Positions 1 to 13,500 of a DNA stretch of 64,000 nucleotides are shown one piece after another. The DNA comes from Macrostomum lignano. Its lineage: Eukaryota. The position numbers were made by a program, and so were the translations under genes. Within the stretch, counting starts at the first letter, position 1. Every line of letters starts with the position of its first letter. The notes under the pieces are model-generated. The model searched no databases, was not told the DNA's origin, and saw nothing but the letters and a program-made list of their open reading frames with translations. The DNA is taken from assembly GCA_002269645.1 (NCBI GenBank), contig NIVC01002459.1, positions 80,286 through 144,285 of the forward strand, written 5' to 3'.

Positions 1-266
1 TCCCGGTTAGGAGTTCCCACGCTGCCTTCAGACCGCCGACGCGCTCGGCGACAACCAGGCGCCGGCACCAGGCGACCTCAGCGCGGACGGCGTTGTCGAC
101 CTCGGACGAAGACGGCGCTGAGGACGATGGCGATGACGTGTCGTCGTTGCGACGCTCGACAAAATCGGCGGTCGGCCAGCCGGCGGCGGACTCGGCGGTC
201 GTCGGCGTCGTCAGGCAGGCGGCGACCACCGCGACCGTCAGGAAGAGCGGCAAAAGCGAGACGGAC
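1..266 (-). CDS. GC-rich exon running off the window edge; signal-peptide-like segment of an unidentified, possibly secreted protein
   Basis: Minus-strand frame open to the edge: SVSLLPLFLTVAVVAACLTTPTTA-ESAAGWPTADFVERR...AWELLTG; candidate acceptor ccgcag|g at 268/266. No ATG or family identified. Confidence 0.4.
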
Positions 267-323
267 CTGCGGCGGTTTCGGGAAATCCCGAATTGAGTGG
301 GGAAGACTTTGTGTGCGGAACTG

Positions 324-1020
324 GGTGTGGTAAATCTGGTGTGGTAAATCTGGTGTGGTAAATCTGGTGTGGTAAATCTGGTGTGGAAAATCTGGTGTGG
401 TAAATCTGGTGTGGTAAATCTGGTGTGCTAAAACTGGTGTGGTAAATCTGGTGTGGTAAATCTGGTGTGGTAAATCTGGTGTGGTAAATCTGGTGTGGTA
501 AATTTGGTGTGGTAAATCTGGTGTGGTAAATCTGGTGTAGTAAATCTGGTGTGGTAAATCTGGTGTGGTAAATCTGGTGTGGTAAATTTGGTGTGGAAAA
601 TCTGGTGTGGTAAATCTGGTGTGGTAAATCTGGTGTGGTAAATGGTGTGGTAAATCTGGTGTGGTAAATCTGGTGTGGTCAAATCTGGTGTGGTGAATCT
701 GGGGTGGTAAATCTGGTGTGTTGAATCTGGTGTGGTAAATCTGGTGCGGTAAATCTGGTGTGGTAAATCTGGTGCGGTAAATCTGGTGTGGTAAATCTGG
801 TGTGGTAAATCTGGTGTGGTAAATCTGGTGTGGTAAATCTGGTGTGGTAAATCTGGTGTGGAAAATCTGGTGTGGTAAATCTGGTGTGGTAAATCTGGTG
901 TGGAAAATCTGGTGTGGTAAATCTGGTGTGGTAAATCTGGTGTGGAAAATCGGGTGTGGTCAAATCTGGTGTGGTAAATCTGGTGTGGTCAAATCTGTTG
1001 TGGTAAATCTGGTGTGGCAA
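324..1020. repeat. 14-bp minisatellite (GGTAAATCTGGTGT), about 50 copies
   Basis: Directly visible; explains the repetitive ORFs at 428-1092. Confidence 0.95.
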
Positions 1021-4000
1021 AGTTTAGGGTGGGGAAGTTGGGGTTGGGTGCTTGAAAATCTTCAATTGAAAAATTCTGTGACGAAACTGTGACTGTATCT
1101 GAATTTGCTATCGCTAAAGACACTTACATTGTTCTTCTTCAGATTATTTTAATAGGTTTATCGCAAAAGTGACTTATAAACTTGACGGAAGTTTGTCGTT
1201 CAGTTTTCTGTCTTCTTTAGCAGTTCAGCGTGAATCTCGCTGCGCTCTCGGGGTGAGAGTCTTTATATGGCCAGACACCCCTCCCAGCGGCTCTCATTCC
1301 CCAATTTCGTTGCCAAAGCAAAACTTCTGCGCGTGAAGTCCCAGCCTCCTTCCTTGATGTCGGGTGAGAAATCAAAGTGAAGTGAAGAGAAAATCCCAAG
1401 AGATAAAGGAATGCGGCAGTTGTCTGCTTTCCCAGCGCAAGCTGTGTGCGATTATCAGCGCAGATGAAGACGCTTTTAAAATGAGCGCGAGATCTCAAAT
1501 ATCAGTTTCAGCCCGAGAATTGGATATCCAATTGGAGAAAATGAGCTGGAAAATGCGCCACCTCACGATTTCTTTGGCGCTTTTTTTCTCGATTCAACTC
1601 GTGAGCCTTGTTGAGATTTGAGATCAAAACAGGGGATCCCGCTGTTCGATTCCCATGACAAGCCATCCTATCTGTGGAGTGGAACGGCTTAAAGATTGCT
1701 TAGCAATTAAACTTTTTATTTTCTGGAATAATTGCTATCTACAGTACAATATTCGTACGATACTACTCGAGTAGCTTTCTAAGTAGTCAATGGTAGTATA
1801 AATATGTTTCGGTGACAAGACTGCACTTTCTGGATGGATGGCTTTTTAATGGCTCTCATTGTTCTCACTGAAGGGAGGGGAGAGCAGGTTAGGAAGCTAG
1901 AAATGCACCTAAGAAATGCGCTTAATTTTTTATCAATGTAAATGTAATTCTAAGTCCCAGCTGCCCTCTTTACACTTGACAGTTCCAGCTGACTTGTACG
2001 ACTTCTCATGAGCTAATATGAAGTAGTTTCCAGCCCAGCACTGCTCTGCGGCTTCGGCTGAGCCCTCAACATTGCCTGTGTTTGTGATGGGCGAATTGAA
2101 TTTTGCGTTTCCTGAAACGACTACACTTGTTAGACTTGATATTGACATAGGTAATAAATCTTAGAGTAGAGTGAAAAGTCGATGGCGTTCCAATTCACCG
2201 GCAATATTTCACCATTTTGGATGATGTTTGGAAATGTGCAGTCAGTTTCATCAACTCGGCAACTGATGCATTGTAATGCAGATTGTCGCATGTGATTGGC
2301 TCGCAGATTGCAGTGGCATTCTCAGAAATCCGGTCTTGTTCGCCACCACCTATCTTCGAGCTGTGTGCTCGGGCTGACAGCTGGCGGTCACGACCATCTC
2401 CATCGGGTTGCCGATGCTAGTCATTGAGGCGTTTTCAACAAATATGCTTTAAAATTTGAGTAGTTGTGCTATGGACAGAGTTGCAATTCATTCATGTCCG
2501 TTGCAAAGTTGCTTGTCCAGCTGGCATTATTGCAATTTCTATTGCAGTTCACTGTCCAGTTGTAATTGACCAAGGTGGGAGACATCGGAATTGCATATGC
2601 AGCAAGCTGGTGGTCCAGCTGCACACCAGAGTTGCGTGATTGTTGAGCAAATGGGTTGAGTAGGGAGGAAGCAGCGCCAAGCCGTGGTCTCCAGCGATGA
2701 CGCTTCTATTCCGATTCCAGTGCGTGGCGTGGCGACAGTCATTTATGGCTTTAGCGCAAAAGTTTCGCCGATCAACCTCCATGAGGGCCAACCTGGGTAC
2801 ATGCCTGAGGACTCAAAATGCAGGGCTGCTTTACACCCTGTGTGAGGGTGTGTATTATTGCGTGGCTGAGTACAGTGCTCAGGAGTCAGTGGAATGGGCA
2901 GAATTGCCTCAGCGCTGATTCTGGGACGATGTGCGTCAGGGTGCATGGAACCCTAATAGCAATTAGAAATATTGTTATCACAGCTATTATGATCGACTGA
3001 CAGTCAAAATCACTTCAGATCCCTGCTGAGCGAAGTGCCATCGGGTTACAGTGGTCACATAGTCATAGTTTCGAGTCTGCTTATTAAAAGCGACTATCTG
3101 ACACTTCATGGAGGCGGTGATGTACAGTCCGCTGGCTACAAAGACATGCTGGAGTTCGATACAAGTCTAAAAAAGCCCAAGTATTGGCTTGACGACTACC
3201 TGCTGGTGAAGAGTGCATTACGCAACCAAGGCCTATTAGCGTACAACGTTAATGGAGTGCAGCTATCAAGGAGGCTTGGTTACTACTGGCTAAGTAGCAT
3301 TTTGCATTGGTAAGCCCTCTTAGATCTGTTAAAATTCTCGAACATAAAAATTTTATTCTAATCAGAACTGATTATTAGAGAAAATTGTATATTAGAAGCT
3401 GAAGAATCGTTTAATCACCTGGAGTAAATTTCAGCCTCACAACGACTCTATAACAAGCAAGCAAGCGATCAGCGAATATATAAAACTAGAATCTTGAATA
3501 TCGGGCAAGCCATTTTGCGTACAAAAGTTGAATTCTCTTATTGAGTTGAATTTACCATTAGTCAACAGGTAATAGTCAACAGAGAAGTTCATGTCTAAGA
3601 AAAAGTGTTCTTCAGAAAGGAACCAGTTTTTTGAACACAAATATATAAAGTTGAAACAAAAAGGGTTAGTCTAAAATCACTCTGTGATTTGGGGCGTCAA
3701 CACGAACTTGGAAAAAAAACATGGGTTAGAGTTAGACTACTAAATAAATAGAAAGCATTTGTTAGTAAATTTTGCTTTCATTTAAAGCGTTAGGTCTAAA
3801 AAAACTGCGAGCCATCCCAAAATTCTCCGCATATGGCTGACTAAAAGGCTTGGATCTCAATGCCCTCTTATCAGGGCGTGAGGGTAAGAAGGATTCGAGC
3901 GCTTTATCAAGTGCATCCACCTGGGCCGGGCGCCGGTAATCAAAAAGATGGAATTAATAGTCTGGTGAACTTGATCACACCTTGTGACTGAATCCGTGAT

Positions 4001-4503
4001 GCAGCTGCACTGGACCGACTTAAAGCATTAATATCAATATTTTTTAATTTGACTGAATACAGAGAAATTTTGAATGGCCCAGCGGGACAAATACTAAAAT
4101 CTAGTGCGTGAGTACATATAACGATTCAGATGTAAATTTGACAGAGTAACAAAAATGATAGTTCTACGTGCAAAAGTAGTCAGAGTCTCTAACAGAACAT
4201 TTTCGGTCTTACAGCTCTTGTTAAAACACCCGAGCTACACAAGGAAGGCTACACTAGCAGTAAACTCATAGTCTGTTCAATAATAGTTTCTTAAAGATAA
4301 TAGTAATTCAAGTTGCTCCGCTCCCTCACTGGCTCAGCTCTCAACTCTCGAATTTGCGATGGACCCGCCTCACTGAGCATTTCCTGGTGTTGGAAGGACA
4401 CGGGTGCGCGTTGATGCAAAGAATGAAAATGCAAATAAGCAAGCATGTATCCCACCGAAAGTTTCAGAGCGTCTTACCGTTTTCCAACGGGGTGGCGCGA
4501 ACT

Positions 4504-7500
4504 TTACTGGAATGACACCCACTGGCCAACTTGTCTCCATCGCTCTCGAGCCACGGCCGGTACTCCAATCATTTCTGAAGCTGCTCTCATGTTTTCCTGG
4601 ACTTTAGAGTTTCGCTTGTTCCTTTGCATAAGCAGAATGACTACTATAAAAGTCACAACTAGGCAAAAGGCACCAACTGAAGCACCAACAGCGATGCTAG
4701 TGTTGTCGCTGCCATTCTTTATAGTAGGCTGCAAAGCTGATTTCACATCAAGAAGCCGCAGGTACTCCCAGGACACAGTTAGGCTGCTGTTGCTCAGGCT
4801 AAGTAACACGAGCTGGCGGTTGTTCATGAGCTGCACCAGTAGATACACAGCGAAAGAAGCACTAGTGTTGGCACCAGACTGACTGTTGACGGTAAAACTG
4901 ATAAGAACGCTACCATTTTTAAACTCCATGTCAGTTAGTTGCGACTCGACGAGCCTTAGCTGACGCGCAAGCTGACCCGTCAGGTGGCTTCGAAGGCTGC
5001 TTTCGTTGGTAACGACGCTGGAGAATGACTCTGTAACCCTGATTTGGAGTGTCACAGCTACAGTGTCCGTCTTTGAGAGTGTCGGAGCCGTTACAGGAGG
5101 TAATGTAGTCGTCGTGATGCTGTTCCAAAACGTTGCAGCTGAAGTTTGCGTCTCTGAGAGTGTCGACTGCAGTGTCGAGTGTCGGCTAGTCTCACTTTTG
5201 GTGGTAGACGGAGCGATAGTTGTCTCCGGTTGGAAGCCTGGTGGTCCCTCAAAGACGCCAATGAATGAGGATATGTCATGGCACACACACGTTACGTGCC
5301 AGATGCCATCGTCGGTCTGGAATGGCGCGCGAGTCGTGCAGTTATCCGGGGTCCAGTCGGCTCCGCTCCAGCTGCGGCATATGAGGCTGATGCTACTGAG
5401 ATTCACAGAGCCACTGATGTTGGTGGTGATAGCCACACCATTGCTGAGGCGTGAAACATTCTGGTTCGCGCCGTCGCTCGGGTGAAAAATTCCTACGTAG
5501 GCCAAAGGACTGCGTCGCGTGGAAATCGTTGGAGAAGCCACTTTGGCCTGTGGAGTGAGCAGATCCTTGTCCAGCAGGATGGTTCCGATGCAGGCACCGT
5601 CCTGGAAGCAGTCAGTCTGGCCACATGACCAGTTATAGTAGCGCTGTTCAAGATCGGCTCCCAGTGCAATCTGCTGACGGACTTTGAAATTGGATAGACA
5701 GTCGGTGCTTCCTGAGTCGCATCCCATCTCCAGATTGGCTGAACCCACCGAATTGAAAGAAGTCTTGTAAACGCGTACAACAGCCATTGTAGACGCTGCC
5801 GCTTGAGCTAGCGAGTTCGGATTTTGGTTGTTGCAGAAGGCAGGCACGGTGTTAAGAATTGTAGCCTGGATATCGGCAGCTGCTGTCGAGTCAAGCGTGG
5901 AGTGATAGACTCCGGATGCAATTTCAAGGACGGACTTCACTTCAGAGGCAGTTATTTTACTTGTTGTTCCACCCTGAGATCCCGATGTGTCGCGCCTTCT
6001 CCTTGCGCCATTTGGTGAATCTGGTGAAAACAACTGAGAATGAAACGCATCAAGGCACTTTTTAAGAGTTCTCAGTACCAAGTTTGTTATGTACTGCTTG
6101 TTGGCTCTCGTTTTCCGAAACAGTTGACAGCTTGTTGCAGTCCTCAGACACGATACTGATGGCACACTGAAATAATCGATAAAGTTTGAATAAAATACCA
6201 CCCATTAGTTATTCCACACTGCTGACAGGACAGAGGAGTTATACCTTGTGTCTAAAGTCAGAAGATCCTGAATCGCTAGTCCCTGCACTAGCTCATTCTT
6301 CTTGTTCTTTTCTTCGGGCGATAGACCAGTATCTGGCTCACTCAGAATCATTCCTCCTAGAGCTGGAGCGTCAACTGTAATGCAAGTTATGATATCGATA
6401 CTGTGTTAATTCTAATTTTGCTGCAGTAATATGAAAATAAAATCGAAAATAATTTGATCGCACTCACAGCTGTTTGAAATATTGTTCAAGTTGTTTAGTA
6501 AATCGTCAAGCTTGGCAAGCGTTAGCTGTTTCGCTTGCACCTGAATTGCAGTAGTAAATGAGAACCAATCTGAGCCTGCTCCGTTAGAGTCGATGGCTGA
6601 AGCTTTGCAGATCCAGTTTCCTCCAGGTAGATGGGTGGTGAGCAGAGTCTAGCGGGCGTTGGTTCACTAGTTACGCTGACGCACTGGCTTGATGAATCTT
6701 GGCGACAGCACATGGCGCTGTAACTGAAGAACACGTCGGAATCGTCAGTAATATTCGGCCATATTGTGAGCGTGAAGGAGGTCTCCAGAGCGGCTCCTTG
6801 GGTGGGAGTCACAGACAGTGCTCCACCACTTGGCGGCGCATTGACGCGGAAGTCGAACTGGGCCTGAGCGGTCCCGGAACTGGCGCTGGCAATCAAAAGC
6901 AGTTGATAGGAGACACCGGCAACAAGCTGCAACTCCGTCCTGGCTGGAGAACCAAAGTGATGAAGCAGCGACGATTGGGTACGCATGTATCGGCCAGCGG
7001 CGGTCCTACTGAGCACTGCTCAAGCGACAGCGAGCCAAAGCCAGTCTCTTGAGTTTCCACTGACCATTGGGTCTGAGTGATCTCACTGGCAATCACTAGA
7101 GCTGTCACATGGACAACAGCGTTTGGATTGATTGGTTTGTTGCTCGGTTCGGTCAAGATCCGGACTGATGGAGGCGGACGAGGCAAAATCTGCACAAGCT
7201 TTGTACTACTGGACCGTCGCTGACCCCGCTGACAACTCACAGTGAGGTTCATGAAGCCTGAGGGTAGCTCGTATACACTGGGATTCGGCCAAGGCACTTG
7301 GATACTGTTCGATGATGTCTGAGTTCCATCCGAACCGAAGAAGCTAAATGAGGACAGCATGTTCCCCGTGTGTATGTTGCGCATGTAGATTGCCTCACCG
7401 TTGGCCCGTTTGGTCAGATAGAAGGTGCAAAATGTCGTCTCGGTCGAGTAGTCGATCGATGATGTACACGGATTCCTGCAGTGCTTCGCTGACGCCGAGA

Positions 7501-10500
7501 TCAGAGCGGCCTCCGCGAAGGAAAATGGGAATCAGAGGGCGGCTGATGGTCTCCAGAAGCAAAAAGCCGCACGCCACGCTGGGCCAAGTCGGCATGGAAG
7601 CGCAGACACTGAGGTTGTAGGTCTGGCCTCCTTGCAGGACTCCAGATCTCAGTCGGAAGAATTGACCTGTGATCCCATGTTGTTCGACATTGACGGCTCT
7701 AGTACCACCCACGATCTTCCATTTGTACTGCAAAAGTAAAGTGTGGAGGTTAAGAGCCTAATCAAGTTATTTTATTGAACAGTAAAGAACAGGCGTACTT
7801 TTTATTCGATAGTAAGACATTTTACTAATATCACAATTACGCTCGTACGATTTGTTATAGTCTTTGCATCTATCATCGTGTTCTGATGCACGATTTCTAC
7901 TATACCGGTAAGCGTTCTCAGAGTACTGTTACTTACACTCAGACTGTCGATAGCCTTGATATAGCAAAATGAAGGTCGGACAATAAGCACAGCACTGTAC
8001 GGCTGATCGGGCATCACATGCTTTTGCTGTCCGTAGATATTAATGCTGAATGGTGTTCGTTCGTCGAGTCGTTTTACTACAATGCTCGCAGTATTTGACT
8101 GCGTTCCGCATTCGTTCTGGGCAAAAGCCGTGATGTTGTATGACTCGCCAGGTGGAATCTGAAGATACAAAGCAAAGAAATGAGAATGTGAGCTGATGAA
8201 TATTTTGGAGTTATATTCTCTGACTTGAGCACTTGGAGAGCACTAACATCCTTTCCGGCGTAGAAAGTGACTTCTGTAGAAAATTTTGACTGGAATGCGG
8301 CCAGCTCAGTTGTTTGACAGGTCGAGCCTGTGGCACAGCGGATGTCCCAAGTGATCCGCTGTACCATCGATCCTCTGACGGTGGCATACAGGGTAAACGC
8401 GTCGCAGAATCCGACGGTGGCTACATTGTTGGCATCTGACTGGACTCCGGCCAGAAAGATGACTGGCGGCTCCCGACTGTTTGTATTCACAACAGCGTTG
8501 CTGACACTGGAACTGGTGGCCAGGCTGACGTCACTGCCATCCACATAAATGATATTCGAATTGATGCTGATTCGTGAGCCAGAGCAGATTGCAGTACCGC
8601 GATCTTTCCGCACGATGAGAACGTTTGCCCGCGCGTAGCACTCTGAGCCTGAACCTATCAGCGCAAGAGTCGACGCATTAAAGATGGCTGAGCATGCTGT
8701 CTGTCGCAGTTGGATGTTTGTGTCAAACTCGAGACGCAGGTGGTAGCCAATGGCGTCATCAGTTGCTGAGAGCAGCACTGGACCCTTACTCGAGCGTATC
8801 GAGAGCGACAGAGAGTTTTGCCTGGTCGGTGATTGCAAGAAGTGTAATCAATGTGTCACTAAGTCAAGGACTTAGCTCAAATAGTTATATTTGTAATAAC
8901 GAGAAACAAGTCACTCACTTGAACACCGCAATGCATCGTGCTGAGTGTCTGCGGCTTGCAGTTCATGACGCTGAGCTTCCATTGCAACGGCTGTCCGACT
9001 TTGGCCAGCGCAGAGATGTTGCAGGTGACACTGGTCGCGCTGTCGAATATAGCGGCACAGTGAGAAAGCCAGTGCGCGGGTCGCATCGGGTGTGGCGGCT
9101 AAGATCGTCGCAGTAGAGAAGGCAGGCGAGATCGGGCGTGTTGACGAATCCCTGTCCTCTCACTGGCAGAGAGTAAACGGGATTTTCTAGTGTGAGTCCA
9201 CTCCCGACACTCAAGCTGACAAGCTGGGAGGTCCAAAAATAGTCAAGTTTCCACCGGAAACGTCCTCGATGACTGTAGCACCGGAAGCGGTCAAGTATTT
9301 CACCTGCAGGGCGTACTGGCCCGCCACGAGACTCAAAGGTGCGGAAAAGCGGAACAGACCAGAAGATATATCGATGGACAATGCTTGAAGCTCCATGTAG
9401 AAGGACTGTCAATGCGAAAGCAGAGAAAATCTTTTTTATTTTATTAACGTTACTTACAAACTTATCAATTAAAGCTTCAGGATTCTGAGTCTTACTGGAA
9501 TTATTATCTAGACTGCTTTATGCACCTGCATCTACTATCAGTGTAATTATACCTTCAGGCAAGGAAAGGTTTATTTCCTTTTTGCTTTTTCGTCATCATC
9601 TAGATAAATGTACGAACTACACGGCTTGTACAAATTTTTGCCGCATTTTACATCGTTGTGTAAATTCGTGCGATTTGATGGCGGCGTAAAAGAGCTTTTG
9701 GTTTATCCTAGAAAAATGGAATTGATGCCTTACCCGATCGGTCACCCTCATCAGGCGCAGAGCAATTGAGCTGATTGAGATGTTGATGCTGCTGCTGAGG
9801 ATCGTCACTTGCTGCTGAGCAGCGTACGACCCCACGCATGCATGTCGGCTTATTGTGAAGTGAATCCGATCGCAGATGTCTCTTGTGGGTCACTGGGCTG
9901 TAGACAACGACCGCATTTGTCCAGAGTCTTTCGGAGCGACACCGATGGCTCAACGACACCGTCACAGCCTGTGATACAAGAAGTGTCGTTGCTGCAGCCG
10001 CAAGGTCCCACGCCGAAGTTAGTGGATCGTCCGGTGCTTCCCTCGGTACAGAAGCCGCACTTATTGGTGCGCGCAGTTCTGTTCACGTTGCCATCGCACC
10101 ACACCGAGCGGATGTACTCATCAGCAGTCGGATATCGACTGGAATTGTAGCACAGACCAGGGATTGGCGAGACAAAGGATCCATTGCATCGACCAGCGCA
10201 GTCCTTGCCATATCGCATGGCTTTGCCAGTTCTTCCACCAACGCAGTTGCCGCAGTCGTTCCAGATCGCTGTGCCATTCGCATCACCGTTGCAGTCGATG
10301 CATGAGCGACCATTTCCACCACAGATTTTACAGACATCAGTCTGGAGACCTGACCACGGCTGATTGTCACAGCCAACCGTCACTGGACGTACCACTACCC
10401 TGGCTGCACTTTTGTTGACCACGCTACTGACAACGAGTGGGTTGATGTAGACTTGTTGTTGATCGACCAGCTTCTCTGCGGCTGTAAAAGCAAGGATGGC

Positions 10501-13500
10501 GCGACTGCGGGACCAGGACGCCGGGACCGTAGGCCGAAATCGGATCGAAGCGTTGGCTGGGAGGAACATCGCGGTGACAGGCCCCGTACTGTTGACGTCA
10601 TCTGCTAGGAAGTCAGAGAGCTGCTGCGTGGAGGAAGATATAGATGAAATGCTTCCCACGCACTGGATGCTTGAGAAGGCATCCGCAGTTTTTGCTGAGT
10701 CCTTGAAATGCGACAGCATACGGTACTGCTTAAACGCAGGCTTGTCTGCGATACATTCAAAGTCTGCCAGGACATTGAGTTCGGCAGCTGGTACTCCAGA
10801 ACACCACTTGCATCGTCGCCGAAGCCTTGCAGAACGAGAGCGCCCAACTCGGATGTATTATCGTCACAAAAGAACATTGATACCATGTCGCCGACCCGAA
10901 TCTGGGTGCCGTAGTTTTCTCCGTGCCGTTGCAGCATGAAGCCTCGCTCTCGCTGTAATTTCTGACTCACGTACTCGTTCTCCCTGTCTTTGAGAACACC
11001 AAAAGTAAAAAAATCTTTATTCACAACAGGAAGATGCTCGTTGTGCAGCACGCTGATCTTGAAGATGACTGTCCCACCCATGGCTGTAGAAGGAAGGACG
11101 GATGGAACAAGAGAACCAGAGCTGGTGTAGCTGAAGTAAGGCGGCAGTCCACTCCAAGCCTGGCACATCAGAACGAAGGTCTTGGTAGCGGCATTGCGAT
11201 TTGGTTCGAATCGTATGTGGGCTTGGCTTGGACTCGGAACGAGAAAGCCTCTCATGTACTCGATGATACCGCTTGCTGTGACTCCACTTCGGAACGTCAG
11301 TTTTCCGTAGATGTCAAGCCTGAAAGTTAAACAAAAAACATATGCATGCATCATATATTTTACCGGAGCCACAACTATTCACATGATACATTAATCATTC
11401 TACTTTTATTTTATTCAGTAAAATATTAGGACTGATTTATGTTTCGCTTCTTTGTACATTGCTAACAACGTTTAGAAGCGGGTAAGATTCAAAAGCAGGA
11501 GTAAATTTACCACACTGGCTCCACCATGTACTTGCAGAACACGCCACCGACAGTCGAGGACTCAACCGCTGAACGCATGTTGCAGACACTTCGCTCGGAG
11601 TGCAGATCAATTAGATTGTCGAGTCTTAGATCGCACACACTGCTGCTCGGGAACCCGTTTGGACTCAACACCAGCACTGTGGAGAGAGACACATTCAGCA
11701 CAGAAGTGTCCATGACGCTGAGGCTGGATTTAATCAGTGTCACATTTGGAGGTAGAGCTCTCGGAGGTAGGAGCACAAAGGTTCTCATAACGCATTCTGA
11801 TCCGTCTGGAAGTAGCAGCGAGTACGTGAGATTGATAAGTACATTCTGAGCGCCGTGGACGAGAAACTGGAAGCAACTGTCGGGTCTGATCGGCTCTGAA
11901 CTTCCGCTGACGTTGATTTTGCGACCATCCAGCTCCATCTCGATACCTGGTGCCGGGCTGACAAAAAGCACTCTGATGCGTGCGGCAGACACAGCGCCAA
12001 GAATGTGACCTGTGCGACAGACACCGGGGTCCGGAGCACCCCTGTACAAGCCCTTGAATCCAGAAACGAGCTGGGCAGCTGGCAAAAGCCGATGAGAGCG
12101 AGGGCACAGTTGGCGGCAGTTGGCGAAGTCCAAGCAGGCACCGAATGCGTGAGGACAGGCAGTCTAAGGGTGAGCAGTTTGAATAAAACAACATCGTCAC
12201 CGCTCATTAGACATACGTAATGCAAACTATGATCTTTTGCACCTGCTACGAATGTAATTATGAAATATAGAAAGCCAAATGCATTATGCCACTCACCTCG
12301 TTGACGCCCTCGCATATCGTGAAATTTTGAGGCAGAGACGCACAGAAGCTTGACTCAGCTGTAGCATTCTCGCAAACACCGTTGGATGGACAGAATCTCT
12401 GAAACGAGCGGCATTTTTGCTTCACTAGATTAGCATGTATTGCTGAGAATGCTAATAATAGCCACTTTAACACTTACCTTGCCTTTTGCGTTGCACTGTG
12501 CACCCTGCTCGACAAGAGACAGCACACAAGCAGCCTTGCAGAGTAGTAAACCACTGGGTGGGCAGGCAACCTGCGTAAAAAGACAGCAATTGATTTTATT
12601 TGAAGTTGGAACAACACGAAAAAATCAGAGAGTAGCTTGTACTCACTTTGTATCGGCAATCTCTGGGCTTTTCTGTAGTCAGTTGATCGATTGTAGTTTT
12701 CGGATTGATTGTAGTAAGAGGACCAACCGTAGTCCGTTGATCGGTTACTGTGGATGTCTGTGACTCAAGGGTAGACACAGAGGGCAGCACTGTTGAGTCC
12801 ATACTCCGCGTTGTGCTTGAACAGGATCCAACAGGGGCGCATCGCTTGAGTTCCTCACAGTATGTCTCAGCCTAAAAAATAATTTTAACGATTACAGAGC
12901 AACAGAAAACTCAGATGCACATAAGAATGACAGAAAAAAACCTTACAGAGCTGCAGTTCGTCGGTGCTTCGCACAAATCACCAGAAGGAATGCAAGTCTT
13001 TGAAGCCAAACAGGGAACATAGCCAGGATAGCAGCTGAATGAATACTCAATTCGAAGAATCTCGTCTCCAAAGTAGTTTCCGTCAGTTGGAGGCGTGCCT
13101 TGCACCGGAAGCAGTCCGTTCCACAGTCTGCATGTCAAATTGACCCTGCCCGGCTGTCTTAGATGCGCTTTAAAGTATGAGCCTTCAACCGATAGCGATA
13201 GATATCCTGAGCCGAACTTATAAGGTGGAGCGCCAAGATAGTGGGCGTAGAACGAATATTCGGTGTAGAGCGACGACGCCTCGATGTAGCAGTAGGCAGC
13301 CTTCCTCGGCGTCTCTCGACACAGCTGACGAACGTGGTCGTTAAATGAGGATTTGGGAAATTCGGCCTGACCGAGACTGTCGCACCACGGCGCAGATGCT
13401 GTGGACTGGTTCAATACTGAGCTTAAAATATTCCTTGGGATGATAATTTCATTAATGTGAGAAGTGCTGTTCTTTTTCAGCACGACCGTTGGGAATCCAG

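Noticed and set aside
428-1092. Repetitive ORFs (TTPDLPHQIYH...)
   Set aside because: Translations of a 14-bp minisatellite.
1933-3000. Cys-containing minus-strand fragments resembling Sushi/CCP pieces (CEPITC, CTFPNIIQNG, TVKCKEGSW)
   Set aside because: Spread over several frames with stops, and the Cys/Trp spacing does not fit a CCP domain; cannot support a gene call.
3035-3313. Plus-strand ORF ending at a good donor (TG|GTAAGC)
   Set aside because: No recognisable motif and no partner exon found.
10663-10721. Apparent programmed frameshift between ORFs 10605-11372 and 9850-10719
   Set aside because: Explained by a 59-nt GT-AG intron (acc|gtatgc...catccag|tgc) with matching phase.
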